Numbered from the stretch's first letter, positions 38,351-48,522 are shown. The stretch is 64,000 nucleotides of DNA from Candidatus Latescibacterota bacterium (GCA_965248435.1 OZ252100.1:1056001-1120000); one strand, 5' to 3'. Numbers and translations are program-made. Notes: generated from the letters alone by a model not told the origin.

Positions 38351-40782
38351 TTTCTAAATCCCCGAACTTTCTTGCGGATCTTGGTCTCAACGCTGGCGGG
38401 CAAAGGTTTGACAGGCACGCTCGACGAAGATACCAGGACAGGTGCCGCCGTATCGACCTCGGCCTCTCTGAGACAGGGCGACTTTGGAACATAAGCCTCT
38501 CTTTCCAGAAGTGCGTGAAGGAGTATCAACGCTGCCTCCTTGTCAGGCACAGTTCCCCTCACACCCCCATCGCCACCTGGAGTCGACGGTGCCCCAACAC
38601 AGGAGGGGCAGCCATCCTCACACGAGCACTCTGATACCACCATCAGACACGCTGTAAGGACCTCCTCCATCATCTCATAAACCTTTTCGGAAAACCCGAT
38701 GCCTCCAGGATAGCGGTCATAAATAAACAGTGTAGAGCGTCCTATGTTCGAGCTATCGATCGTGGCCCCAATGTCAGCAGGATCGCACATTGCAAACAGT
38801 GGAACCACTTCAACCATAACGTTTGCTATGCCCTTCAGACCCTCTACCGGAACCCTGCCGTATCGACGAACGAGACCAGTGGCTTCCCTGGGCGGCATGA
38901 CCCAGCAAGCCGCCGTGTCGAGTGTAATGGGTGGCAGGTCCAGGTTTTCCCAGCCAATGCTGTCTCGATCTTCAAACTTCACTTTCTTGAACATGATAAC
39001 AAGCGTTGTGACAGATACCTCACCAAAGGAGATCCGACTCACTCTCCAATCAGTTTCTGCTTCGGTCTCGTTCACTTTTATGTTTGTTTCGTCTACCGCC
39101 TGAGTGTAGTAGTCTAGCCCCTGCTGGCCAACAAACGCGATCTTGCGGTCTACATCCAGCCGATCTACAAAGTAGGTTTGGGCGTTATGCATATAAACAG
39201 CGTGTGTATGCAGCTGGAAATAGGCACTCACCTCATCCAGTGTACCGATGACTTCCGGCTCCCCATCTCTCTCATCAATAATCGTGAAAGTGGGCTCGCT
39301 GATGTTTCTGAGCCCCACCTCGGCAGCCGGGTAGCCAGACCGGCTGTAGTACCAGCGGCCGTCGAGTTTGTGTGCTTGATTTTCCTCTTCAAGGATCTCG
39401 AGCATGGCACCTGTAAACTCCCCGAACACCTCCCCTTCCTCTCCGCTAACAGGAAGTTCTCGCAGGGCGCATCGAAGGTGGCCGACAGCAACGTGTGGGT
39501 TGGCCGGATCGATAATGGCATGCTCTGGAGACTGACCGAAAAAGTAATGTGAGTTTCGCACGAGAAACTGATCCACAGGTGCGTTGTGTGCGATGAAAAT
39601 GACCAGAGAATTATCGACGTCTCTGCCTGCTCTCCCCGCCTGCTGCCACATGCTCGCTACGGTTCCAGGATAACCCACGATGAGTGCCGCGTCCAAACCG
39701 CCGATATCAATGCCCAATTCCAGCGCATTGGTGCTTACAACGCCCAGGAGTTCCCCCTCGAAAAGCTGTCGTTCTATCTCCCTTCGTTCGCTCGGGAGAT
39801 AGCCTCCACGATACGCCCTGATCGCCGAGGCCAGTTTCGGTCCAATACGAGAAAGATCTTCCTGGCAATAGCGGTAAATTACCTCTGCCGTGACACGCGC
39901 TCGGGTGAACGCAATCGTTTTGACTCGGCTTTCGATCAATCGGGTCAGGAGCTGCCGGGCTTCCGTGTTGGAGCTTCGACGATCGCTGTTACTGCCCTCC
40001 AAGAAAGGCGGGTTCCAAAACACGAAGTGGCGTGGCCCTCTGGGGGACCCGTCATTGTCGATACAGGCCATTTTCCGCCCCGTGAGGGCCTCTGAAAATT
40101 CCTTGGGATTGGCGATCGTAGCCGAACAGCAGATGTACTGTGTCTTGGCCTCATAATGGGCACATATCCGATTCAGCCTGCGGATGACGTTGGCTGCGTT
40201 GGAGCCAAATACCCCACGGTAGGCGTGCATCTCGTCCAGGACCACAAAGCGGAGGTTTTGAAAGAACCTTGCCCATCTGGGATGGTTGGGAAGAATGCCC
40301 TGATGAAGCATGTCGGGATTCGTGAGAATGACCCGACCCTCATCACGGAGAGTGCGTCTCAGGTTGGGGGGCGTGTCTCCGTCGTAGGTCCCGAAAATGA
40401 ACTCCCCCGCGTCGAACCGCCCCAGCGAGCGAGCCTGGTCCTGTGCCAGCGCTTTGGTTGGATATAGATAAAGAGAGGTAGCTTCACTGTCCTGGAGGAC
40501 CGACTCCAGCGTCGGGATCTGGTAGCAGAGCGTCTTTCCGCTGGCCGTGGAAGTCACGAGGGTTACATTCTCACCACCCCGCAGGGCATTGATCGCATTT
40601 GCCTGGTGAGTATAGAGCTGTTGTATGCCGAGCTTTTGAAGGGAGCCGTTAATACGCGGATGCAGAGGTGCCCGGAGGACGTCAAATCGGGCCTCACGTG
40701 ACGGAAGATGCTCAACGTGAACGACCTGGCCGCCGTAACCGTACGCGCTTTGAAGCTCATCTAGGAAGTCTGAGAAATCCAT
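38347..40782 (-). CDS. DEAD/DEAH-box helicase with DUF1998 (MrfA/YprA/Hrq1-like)
   Basis: TASGKT, PTKALAQDQ, DEMH, SAT, STNALELGIDIG, QQAGRAGR, C-terminal CSCEDGCPSC. Confidence 0.92.
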   Translation of the reverse strand: MDFSDFLDELQSAYGYGGQVVHVEHLPSREARFDVLRAPLHPRINGSLQKLGIQQLYTHQANAINALRGGENVTLVTSTASGKTLCYQIPTLESVLQDSEATSLYLYPTKALAQDQARSLGRFDAGEFIFGTYDGDTPPNLRRTLRDEGRVILTNPDMLHQGILPNHPRWARFFQNLRFVVLDEMHAYRGVFGSNAANVIRRLNRICAHYEAKTQYICCSATIANPKEFSEALTGRKMACIDNDGSPRGPRHFVFWNPPFLEGSNSDRRSSNTEARQLLTRLIESRVKTIAFTRARVTAEVIYRYCQEDLSRIGPKLASAIRAYRGGYLPSERREIERQLFEGELLGVVSTNALELGIDIGGLDAALIVGYPGTVASMWQQAGRAGRDVDNSLVIFIAHNAPVDQFLVRNSHYFFGQSPEHAIIDPANPHVAVGHLRCALRELPVSGEEGEVFGEFTGAMLEILEEENQAHKLDGRWYYSRSGYPAAEVGLRNISEPTFTIIDERDGEPEVIGTLDEVSAYFQLHTHAVYMHNAQTYFVDRLDVDRKIAFVGQQGLDYYTQAVDETNIKVNETEAETDWRVSRISFGEVSVTTLVIMFKKVKFEDRDSIGWENLDLPPITLDTAACWVMPPREATGLVRRYGRVPVEGLKGIANVMVEVVPLFAMCDPADIGATIDSSNIGRSTLFIYDRYPGGIGFSEKVYEMMEEVLTACLMVVSECSCEDGCPSCVGAPSTPGGDGGVRGTVPDKEAALILLHALLEREAYVPKSPCLREAEVDTAAPVLVSSSSVPVKPLPASVETKIRKKVRGFRK

Positions 40783-40849
40783 CAAATGGATCTACGAAGA
40801 AGGGGGTGAAATGCGGAGGGAGAGTCTGTCGCGGGGAACACTGCAGTGG

Positions 40850-40878
40850 AATATAGCCGCGGGATGTTTCAGCGTCAA
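40850..40878 (-). promoter_or_regulatory. sigma70-type promoter of the helicase-prenyltransferase-transaldolase operon
   Basis: TTGACG-17 nt-TATATT. Confidence 0.6.
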
Positions 40879-41039
40879 CCCATTTCCGAAATATCTCGTG
40901 TTTCGGACCAAGACGCCCAACCCCTTCCGCGTCGAGGCGCACCTCGGTACAGCCCTTCGGGCCTACGCGGTGCGCGCGGGACATCCCCCTCGGCAGGCTC
41001 GGTGCTTCTATATAGGGAAGGGGAGAACATAAAAGACAT

Positions 41040-41073
41040 ATCGCCCACCGGCAGCTTGCTGCCGGTGGGCGAT
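41040..41073. repeat. Perfect inverted repeat (REP / IS-end-like hairpin)
   Basis: ATCGCCCACCGGCAG-CTTG-CTGCCGGTGGGCGAT, 15-bp arms. Confidence 0.7.
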
Positions 41074-41314
41074 GCTGGGCGTGTTTCGTGATTCAGCCGG
41101 AGAGTCGTTTTGCACAGGCGGACACCTCGCTAGCCCGCTTCGCGGGCCACTCGCCAAAGGCAGGCCGCCCGTGGACACGTGATCAGGTTTCTCGAACAAC
41201 GAACGACGGCGCTTACGAGATACGCCTCAAAAGATACGTGACGATAATTGTTAAAAAAAGAGGCCGCAGCCATGGCTGCCGCCTCTCAACTCAAACCCGA
41301 TTGGAAGGATCAGA

Positions 41315-42280
41315 CTAACTCATGGCCAGTTCCTTGAACCGTTCGATGGAAACCGGAACCTGGGACTCACCTCGACATCCATACCAGCATTTCGTACAGT
41401 CCACCTGTTCTTTCCAAGGCTTGTAGTCCGAAAAGTGCTGTGTCACTGGCATTTCTGGGCAGGCCTTCAGGTAGCCGTCCGGAGTGGCCTGAATGAATTT
41501 CCGCCCCGCCTTGCAGTTCTCGACCTGTCCATGTTCGAAGTAATACGGCACCATATCCAGGTAATAGGACGACGACACGACGTTCTTGTAGGTTCCTTTC
41601 AATTCTTTGATCTCGCTGATGACATCCTTAAGTTTCGCCAACCTTTCACGGCCGATAAGGTGCTGAGTGTTTCCATTCTTTAAAGAGGTGTAGGAGCTGA
41701 ACGAGACCTTGATTCCCCACTCGTAGGCCTGCCGAAGGATTCTGGGGATGATATCCAGGTTTTCATCCATGATCACTGTATTCAGCATCACGTTGTCCAC
41801 GCCTACCATCGGGAGCTGGGGAATCAGTTTGGAGAGATGGTCGAAGAGACCCGGAATGCCTCGTTCTCGATCGTGGGCCTCACCTAAATAGTTCATCGAA
41901 ATCGATAACTGGTCCAATCCTGAGTCCCATAGTTCTTTGGCCTTCTCAACGGTAAGCAGCTGGCCGTGCGTAACCATGCCGATGTAGATGAAGAACGTAT
42001 TCTCGTGGATCCGCCGAATCAGATTCGGTAAATCTTTTCGAAGTAGGGGTTCCCCGCCAGTGATGTTTACGACGATCGGCTTGACCTTCTGGACCATTTC
42101 AACGTAGTCGTCCAATCTGGGAGACTTCTTCGTCTTCCAGTAGTCACAGAAGTCGCACTTCGCGTTGCAGAATTTAGTGACCTCGAGGTTCATCAGTCGA
42201 GGCCGTCTCTGCAGGGTAGTCAATCCCAGCTTCAACAGTGCCTTGACTTTCCTCGTTGCCGTGAGTTTCTGAGTTAGCAT
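41315..42280 (-). CDS. Radical SAM protein with SPASM/twitch-like C-terminus
   Basis: CNAKCDFC, ITGGEPLLR, HD..RG, CKAG...DG...ACP, CTKCWYGC. Confidence 0.88.
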   Translation of the reverse strand: MLTQKLTATRKVKALLKLGLTTLQRRPRLMNLEVTKFCNAKCDFCDYWKTKKSPRLDDYVEMVQKVKPIVVNITGGEPLLRKDLPNLIRRIHENTFFIYIGMVTHGQLLTVEKAKELWDSGLDQLSISMNYLGEAHDRERGIPGLFDHLSKLIPQLPMVGVDNVMLNTVIMDENLDIIPRILRQAYEWGIKVSFSSYTSLKNGNTQHLIGRERLAKLKDVISEIKELKGTYKNVVSSSYYLDMVPYYFEHGQVENCKAGRKFIQATPDGYLKACPEMPVTQHFSDYKPWKEQVDCTKCWYGCRGESQVPVSIERFKELAMS

Positions 42281-42329
42281 ACAAAATCCCCAAGTTTCAA
42301 TGTACCTTCGACGCCCTCGCTAAGGTGAT

Positions 42330-42358
42330 AAAATAAGACTTATGGCAGGTGGCGTCAA
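42330..42358 (-). promoter_or_regulatory. Possible internal sigma70 promoter of the radical SAM gene
   Basis: TTGACG-17 nt-TATTTT. Confidence 0.45.
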
Positions 42359-42375
42359 GGAAAACGGCCTCAGGC

Positions 42376-44823
42376 TCAATCACCGGTTTTTAATGCGCTT
42401 TCGTAATCCCCTTGTACGCTCCGATTTCGGACATTCTCGATCACTTGCAGAATAGCAGGAAGCACGACAACGGCGGAAATAAAGCAGGTGATAAGTCCGA
42501 TGAAGGCCAGCTTCCCGATGGAGTTCAGACCGGGATGGGTCGCCAGCATCAGACCCAGGAACCCTACCATCGTCGTCATCGTGGACACAAACATAGCTCC
42601 GCCAGTACTCCTCAAAACGAGAATCAGTGAGCCCGGCCCTTCTTCTCTATACCGGTGGTGAAAATGAACGCCATTGTCAATGCCCATCCCGATGATCGTG
42701 GGTAACGCGACCATATTGTAGAAATTTAGTTTCATGTCTGTCAAAAACATCGCACCTAACATCCAAATGGCACCGCAGACCAATGGGAACATAACAAGAG
42801 CCACTTCCTTCAAACCTCGAAAATCAGCCAGGACGATCAAGAAAACCACGACGATGGTAAGAATAATGGCCGTCCTGCTATCTCGGATCATGAGCTTCAA
42901 CATGTCCGCAAATATGATGCTCGAACTGGAAGAATAGAAAGTCTTTCCTGACTTCGTTTCGATCACTTCAGAATCATCCGCGAACGCCATCGCATTTTTT
43001 CCATCCCTGAGCGGCACGTCCGGGTAGATAAATGCGAAATGGGCTCGACTTCCGTCGACCGTGGAAAACTTTCGCAGAATGTTCTGCGGGAGATCATCCA
43101 CGGTTAAAGACGCCACTTCCAACAGGTCGCGAAGCTCATCGAGACGCTCCTTTTGCTCACCTTTGATAAGCTTGGCACCTTCACCCTCGGTCAACACCCG
43201 AATCTCTTCAATGACCTCGAGTTTTTCCCGCTGACGTTTGGGAAGGGCCGACCAGAGGGTGCGAACCGTATGGATTGTGGGTGTGGCATCTTGGGACGCT
43301 ATCTTTGCCTCCACGGCAGCTACGACCTCGTCCAACTCCTCCTTGCTATCGGCTAAAACTAAACTGGGCGACTGAGAAAGCTTGTTGAACTTCGGGATGG
43401 TGCCCATCTTGTCTTTGACAGCCTGTGAAGCTGGCAGCCTGGATCTCAGGTTCGTAAAATCGTACTCGAACTCTATTGTGTGCAGATTCGAAGCCAGGTA
43501 AACGGTCAGGCAGACCGCCGCCACAAAAATCATCCCGGCGAAATAGAACCGTCCCTTATGATTTACTCTACTGTGCCCCCACACAGGCCTCAGGCGGACG
43601 ATGTTCAGTCTGTGATCCGCAAGGACAATAAAGGCAGGAAGCACGGTCAACATTGAGACAAGCGACATCAGGATACCCGTACCGACTATAAACCCGAATT
43701 CTGAGAACCCTTTGAAGTCCGTGACCGTCAAGGAAAAGAAGGCCATCGAGGTCGTTAATGCAGCTGTCAGAATGGCGAGCCCCGTCTGGCTCAACATCGT
43801 TTGGAGGGCCACCAGGACGTTCATTCTTGCGATTCGGTCCTCAAGATACCTGGAGAACATGTGGATGCCAAAGTCTACCCCCAGACCAAACAGGATCACG
43901 AAAAGGAACCCTGTCATCGTGTTCAGGTTGCCGATGACCCAGTAGGTGATCGCGAAGGCCCACATCAAACCCATCGTAAGGGGAATGGCAATAAAAAGGA
44001 CAGCCAGGGGCTGCCTGAAGTAGAACGTCAGAAGAAGGACAACACCGACGACGCCGTATATAAGCGTCGATTTGATGTCACCCAAAATGACGTCATATTC
44101 ATCAATCTTGTTCTTGAAAGGACCACCGTATTCGACGACCAATCCGGGGTGGTAGGACGAGGGGTTCATGCTGCTGACCGCATCTCGGACGACATCGTAC
44201 ATTTCCTTCGCGAACCCGATGTTGCTGACCGTCCCGGCAGCAACGAGCTCCAGTGCTACGATGCTACGCTCTGGATTCGAATAGTATGGGTCCTCTCCGT
44301 TCCGGTCCTCCTCGTATTTTTCTTCAATATCCGAAAAATCAAGCGCTTCCTCCTCGTCACTAAGGCTTATGTAGAGCGGTGACAACTTCAGCTTCTCTTC
44401 AGTAATTCGGTCTTCTATTCGAATTTGAATTTCTTCAAGATCCTCCAGGTCCATGTAGAGCAACGCATTTTTCTTGAAGAAGTCTATGTCTGCCTTGTAG
44501 TCGACATAATTCACGTACTCTTTGTAAGACTCCGTCTTCAGCTTTGCCGCCAGGTCTTCGGCGAATCGCTTTGAAATTTCGTAGTCTTCGCACTCTACGA
44601 GGACAACAAGCCCGCCCACACCCCCGACCCGCGACTTGATATCCTCAAGCGTCCTTACGCTCGGGTAATCCTTCGGGATCAGCGAGGCGATATCGGTGTC
44701 GATTCGCTTGACAAGCTGGTAGACAAAGTAGCTGCAGAAGAGCGTCAGCAGTCCGGATAGAACCACAATGCTCAGATATCGTTTATAGGCGATTCGCGCC
44801 AAGAAGTTGAACAATGCTTCCAT
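42376..44823 (-). CDS. MMPL/RND family lipid exporter (HpnN-like)
   Basis: Two repeats of periplasmic domain + TM bundle with GLGVDFGIH and GMGIDNGVH. Confidence 0.9.
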   Translation of the reverse strand: MEALFNFLARIAYKRYLSIVVLSGLLTLFCSYFVYQLVKRIDTDIASLIPKDYPSVRTLEDIKSRVGGVGGLVVLVECEDYEISKRFAEDLAAKLKTESYKEYVNYVDYKADIDFFKKNALLYMDLEDLEEIQIRIEDRITEEKLKLSPLYISLSDEEEALDFSDIEEKYEEDRNGEDPYYSNPERSIVALELVAAGTVSNIGFAKEMYDVVRDAVSSMNPSSYHPGLVVEYGGPFKNKIDEYDVILGDIKSTLIYGVVGVVLLLTFYFRQPLAVLFIAIPLTMGLMWAFAITYWVIGNLNTMTGFLFVILFGLGVDFGIHMFSRYLEDRIARMNVLVALQTMLSQTGLAILTAALTTSMAFFSLTVTDFKGFSEFGFIVGTGILMSLVSMLTVLPAFIVLADHRLNIVRLRPVWGHSRVNHKGRFYFAGMIFVAAVCLTVYLASNLHTIEFEYDFTNLRSRLPASQAVKDKMGTIPKFNKLSQSPSLVLADSKEELDEVVAAVEAKIASQDATPTIHTVRTLWSALPKRQREKLEVIEEIRVLTEGEGAKLIKGEQKERLDELRDLLEVASLTVDDLPQNILRKFSTVDGSRAHFAFIYPDVPLRDGKNAMAFADDSEVIETKSGKTFYSSSSSIIFADMLKLMIRDSRTAIILTIVVVFLIVLADFRGLKEVALVMFPLVCGAIWMLGAMFLTDMKLNFYNMVALPTIIGMGIDNGVHFHHRYREEGPGSLILVLRSTGGAMFVSTMTTMVGFLGLMLATHPGLNSIGKLAFIGLITCFISAVVVLPAILQVIENVRNRSVQGDYESALKTGD

Positions 44824-44825
44824 TT

Positions 44826-45425
44826 TTAGTCCTGGTCCGTCTCTTCGATCAGCTTGTCCTTTAGCTTCTGCACAAGTCCTTCATAGGAGGACTTCCGAAT
44901 TTCTTTCCTGAACTGCGCTCGGTTGCTACGCGTAATGCTCAGGTCATCCACAACCATGTCGTATATCAACCATCCGGCTTCCACTTTGTGCATCTTGTAA
45001 TCAAGGCTACTCATCTCGCCCTTGTAATGCACCTCGGTCTGCACCACTGCCTCTGTGCTGTTCATCTCCACTCCGATGTAGTCTATCTTTTCTGATTTCG
45101 TATAAAGCTTAGGGTCCCCATAATTCTTTTCCGTTAAACGCCTACAAAGATCGGTGAATTCTCTCTGTTCGTCCTGCGTGCGCTCCTTCCAGTATCTTCC
45201 AAGTGACAACTGGCTGAATCGTCCGTAGTCAAACAACTCTCCGATAAGCTCCTTTAGGCGCTCGCGTTCTGCGTCCGTCTCGCCTTTCGTCTCTGAACCT
45301 ACGATCTCCATTATGGCCTGATCGCGTGTCTTGATGAGGTCCAAAAGCGCACCGCCCTCGTCCCCGGCGTGAGCCGGGAAGATAGCGAGAAGCCAGAAAA
45401 GAAAAGTGAAAAGCAGAAAGGTCAT
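44826..45425 (-). CDS. MlaC/Ttg2D/HpnM family periplasmic lipid-binding protein
   Basis: Signal peptide ending AHA; FDY...SQLSLGRYW...EQREF, LDYKM, WLIYDMVVDDLS...RAQF. Confidence 0.85.
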   Translation of the reverse strand: MTFLLFTFLFWLLAIFPAHAGDEGGALLDLIKTRDQAIMEIVGSETKGETDAERERLKELIGELFDYGRFSQLSLGRYWKERTQDEQREFTDLCRRLTEKNYGDPKLYTKSEKIDYIGVEMNSTEAVVQTEVHYKGEMSSLDYKMHKVEAGWLIYDMVVDDLSITRSNRAQFRKEIRKSSYEGLVQKLKDKLIEETDQD

Positions 45426-45522
45426 GTCAAGTATCAGATTGTGGGTGCAAGTTCTTGCGTACACAACACATGGAACCTCTCGGGAGTGGAAAGGTTCCAA
45501 TTCGCCTGCCCCTCTTTCTAAA

Positions 45523-46989
45523 TCAGTCGGCTTTTTCGGAAATCAGCCCCTCTTCTTCCAACTGGCGACCGACGGCTACGGGCCAGACCCCCTTTGTCCG
45601 GAGCATATGACCTGCGTACCCAAAGATCCCTGCCGTTACAAGGATCGAACCCGTCGTAAAAATCCAGTAGATCGCGTCTAGCCGGTTCGCGATGGCGAGC
45701 AGACAGAACAGTGCGGCAAAGAAATCCCGCCGGCAGGCAAACTTCAATGAACAGCAGAACCGGTGAAACCACCCACGCTTCTCCTTGGGCACGTCCCCTG
45801 AAAAGGCAAGGTTGAAGCTGGCGATGCTTCCTGATCCTGTGCTTTGGAGATAGATCGAAACCAGAGAAACACTCAGGATGTTGAGGGCAATGGCCACGAA
45901 CCCAAGTGTGAGAATGGAGCTTTGCCCCGACAGCTGATACATCCCATAGGTCACACCGACAAAAAAGGCTATGTATGAAATGTTGTCCGAGACGGTGTCC
46001 CACCACTCGCCCGAAAGTGAGCCTTCGAATTTTAACTTGGCGATCTCTCCATCACATCCGTCCACAATCGATGCGAATTGGAAGGTTAGACCTCCGAGTG
46101 CCAGCAACCAGTATTCTCCTGCCGATACCATCCAGGCTGATAGAAAACTGATGAGCAGCACACCAATCGAGACTTGATTCGGCGTGATCGGCGTCTTCAC
46201 AAGCAGGCGGCTTATCTGTCTGGAGATCTTTCGGTTGAATTTCCGGGATACGACGCCATCTGAAGGCTTTCCAAGTTGCTCCAAAAGGACCTGTTCTGCA
46301 TAGCGACGAGATTCCGGTGTATCCACATCCAGCCAAAACAGGCCATCCACCTCCACGGCGCTCACCTTCTGCTTCTGCGCCAGTATCCGAATTCCACCAG
46401 AGAGCGAGTCGTCGCTCATAGAGACAGAACGTCCCAACGCGCCGAATATGCTTTGGCTGCATAGAAAGATTCCGGTGTCGATCGCATTGAACGAATGCAA
46501 TCCTTTTCCGATCTGGACGATTTTACCCCCCTCGACAGCGACCTTCGTTGCATCATCCAAATCATAAACGCGATCTAGCTCCGGATCAACGCAGAGTAAG
46601 ATTTCATCCTTTCCAAGTGGCCTGTTTTGAAGCTTGACCAGGACCTGCGGGTCGAACAGGTGATCCGACATCAATAGAAAGAAAGGGCCATCTACGCTTG
46701 CCCGAGCCTTGAGCACCGACAACCCGTTTCCACGTTTCCATTCCAGGTTTTCGATCCACTCCATGCGAACGTCAAGCTGCGGATCCGACTCTATCTCCCT
46801 CCGAATCTCCTCTCCTCGATACCCTACAACAATCACGAAATCCGTAACGCCCGCAGATTTCGCGGAAACGATCGTTCGTTTAAGCAGGCTGAGTCCTGCA
46901 ATCTCAACAAGTGGCTTCGGTCGGTCTCCAGAACTTCCGTTAAGTCGACTGCCCACGCCTGCGGCGATTACAACTGCCTTGCTGACCAT
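45523..46989 (-). CDS. Bifunctional NTP transferase / CDP-alcohol phosphatidyltransferase (IPCT/DIPPS-like)
   Basis: IAAGVGSRL, PKPL, GNGLS, MSDH, DDATKV, DTGIF, WLDVDTP; then NRKIS, TPNQVS, DGCDGEIAK...G...D...D. Confidence 0.88.
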   Translation of the reverse strand: MVSKAVVIAAGVGSRLNGSSGDRPKPLVEIAGLSLLKRTIVSAKSAGVTDFVIVVGYRGEEIRREIESDPQLDVRMEWIENLEWKRGNGLSVLKARASVDGPFFLLMSDHLFDPQVLVKLQNRPLGKDEILLCVDPELDRVYDLDDATKVAVEGGKIVQIGKGLHSFNAIDTGIFLCSQSIFGALGRSVSMSDDSLSGGIRILAQKQKVSAVEVDGLFWLDVDTPESRRYAEQVLLEQLGKPSDGVVSRKFNRKISRQISRLLVKTPITPNQVSIGVLLISFLSAWMVSAGEYWLLALGGLTFQFASIVDGCDGEIAKLKFEGSLSGEWWDTVSDNISYIAFFVGVTYGMYQLSGQSSILTLGFVAIALNILSVSLVSIYLQSTGSGSIASFNLAFSGDVPKEKRGWFHRFCCSLKFACRRDFFAALFCLLAIANRLDAIYWIFTTGSILVTAGIFGYAGHMLRTKGVWPVAVGRQLEEEGLISEKAD

Positions 46990-47004
46990 AACCTCCCTCC
47001 CATA

Positions 47005-48336
47005 CTACTTTACAACCGCGTTTCCGGTCGCAATCTGTAGGGCAGCCCACGTCGTGTTCAAATTGTAGACCGCCTCAAGGTACTTCGCGCGAATAACGCC
47101 ATATTCTTTCACGGCCTCGATCAGCTCCCCTGACTCTTCGAGCCCGGCATTAAACCCTTCCCGTGCAGAATTGATCCATCGTCTAGTTGCTCGCTTCGCC
47201 TTTCTCGCTTCGGCCACGTTTCCCTGGGCCTCTTTCAAGCTTGCGTAGATTCTTTCGAGTTCGATGCGGGCCCCAGCTCTCGCGAGGCGTTCTTGATGAA
47301 TCAGCTTTTGGTGTTCGAGTTGCACCTTCCGAACCTTGGCACGGGTGGCTCCAAAGGACAGGGACTGGCGTAAGCCGACAACGGCACCCAGGTGCTTAAA
47401 GTTGAAATCGTCCTTGGCGAAGGGGCTGTCTTGATCATCTCTGTTCGGCGCAAACGAATACTTGAACTGGCCTCCCAGGAAGAGCTGTGGATAATAGTCA
47501 CTGCGTGCGACCCGGACCTGCGCCTCACGGATGCCGATAACAGAACGAAGTTGCCTCAATCCTGGTCGATCATCCGATTTGGCGACATAATCTTCAAGCG
47601 GCAGGAGTTCAACTGAAATCGGACTCAACCTCTCTTGTGCCAGCACAAGGGAATCGCTCCTCGCAAGTCCAAGCAGAGACTTGAGTGCGGATCGAGACAA
47701 CGACTTCAGCTTGGCAACCTTGTTCAGGTTCTCGTGAACATCGAACAGAAAGCGATCCAACCGCGCAAGATCTATGTAGGTATAATCTCCTTCTTCAGCT
47801 TCCAGCTTTTCCAGAATCGTCTCACGCGCATCACCGATGTCTCGCTTCGCTTCAACGGCCAGCTCCCAGAGTTCATTCCCCAGCAACAGTCCGTAGTAGG
47901 CTTTGTTCACCTGAAGCGCCACCTTGTGCTGTGATCGCTCCAAGCCGGCCTTTTGGGCGGCGATCCCACCGGATGCCGCATCCTCGATCGCCGAGAGTTT
48001 TCCAAAAGTGAACAGGGGCTGGACCAAGCTGACTTCAGATCGCGAGAAAAGGCTCAGGTTCCCCAGATCGGTATCCCCGGCAAGCGCATTTCCCCGGGCC
48101 TCCGGGGAGGGCCCCAGTATCCAGCTCAAATCGAACTTCGGGAGAATGCGAGCCGCACGGGCGCGTGACCGCTCCGTCTCGGCGATCTTCAAATCGGTTT
48201 CTGAGGCACGAACTGCCGGGCTCGCCTCGATCGCGCGTGCCAAGGCAGTCGCCAGATCCAGACGAACCAGGTGATCGTCCCCGAACGCTGGACACGCCAA
48301 GACAAAACTGAGACATCCTGCCAGCAACCGTGCCAT
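47005..48336 (-). CDS. TolC family outer-membrane efflux protein
   Basis: Signal peptide, two OEP repeats (LPKFDL...QPLFTFG; YYPQLFL), VNKAYY; start uncertain (48336 or 48381). Confidence 0.85.
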   Translation of the reverse strand: MARLLAGCLSFVLACPAFGDDHLVRLDLATALARAIEASPAVRASETDLKIAETERSRARAARILPKFDLSWILGPSPEARGNALAGDTDLGNLSLFSRSEVSLVQPLFTFGKLSAIEDAASGGIAAQKAGLERSQHKVALQVNKAYYGLLLGNELWELAVEAKRDIGDARETILEKLEAEEGDYTYIDLARLDRFLFDVHENLNKVAKLKSLSRSALKSLLGLARSDSLVLAQERLSPISVELLPLEDYVAKSDDRPGLRQLRSVIGIREAQVRVARSDYYPQLFLGGQFKYSFAPNRDDQDSPFAKDDFNFKHLGAVVGLRQSLSFGATRAKVRKVQLEHQKLIHQERLARAGARIELERIYASLKEAQGNVAEARKAKRATRRWINSAREGFNAGLEESGELIEAVKEYGVIRAKYLEAVYNLNTTWAALQIATGNAVVK

Positions 48337-48479
48337 TTTGCCACGGGTGTGGTATTTTTGCAACACTAATCTCCGCAGCATCGGATGCCTGCAGTCGCAA
48401 TGCTTTTAGATGATTTGACCTTATTTTATAAAAAACAAATACTTGGTGATTGCTCAAGTAGGTCAGTCTAACATGACAA

Positions 48480-48495
48480 TGCGAACGGTGTGCCA
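48480..48495 (-). promoter_or_regulatory. sigma54-type -24/-12 promoter candidate (TolC operon)
   Basis: TGGCAC-ACCGT-TCGCA, GG-N10-GC spacing. Confidence 0.45.
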
Positions 48496-48522
48496 CAATG
48501 TTCCTTCGAAGGGGTACGGGAA

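Noticed and set aside
38347-40782. DUF1998 helicase as a DISARM/Druantia defence component
   Set aside because: Domain layout fits MrfA/Hrq1; no methylase, DrmA/DrmB or phospholipase D partners nearby
41315-45425. Hopanoid (hpnH-hpnN-hpnM) biosynthesis cluster
   Set aside because: No squalene synthases or squalene-hopene cyclase in the window, and the radical SAM cannot be assigned to HpnH by eye
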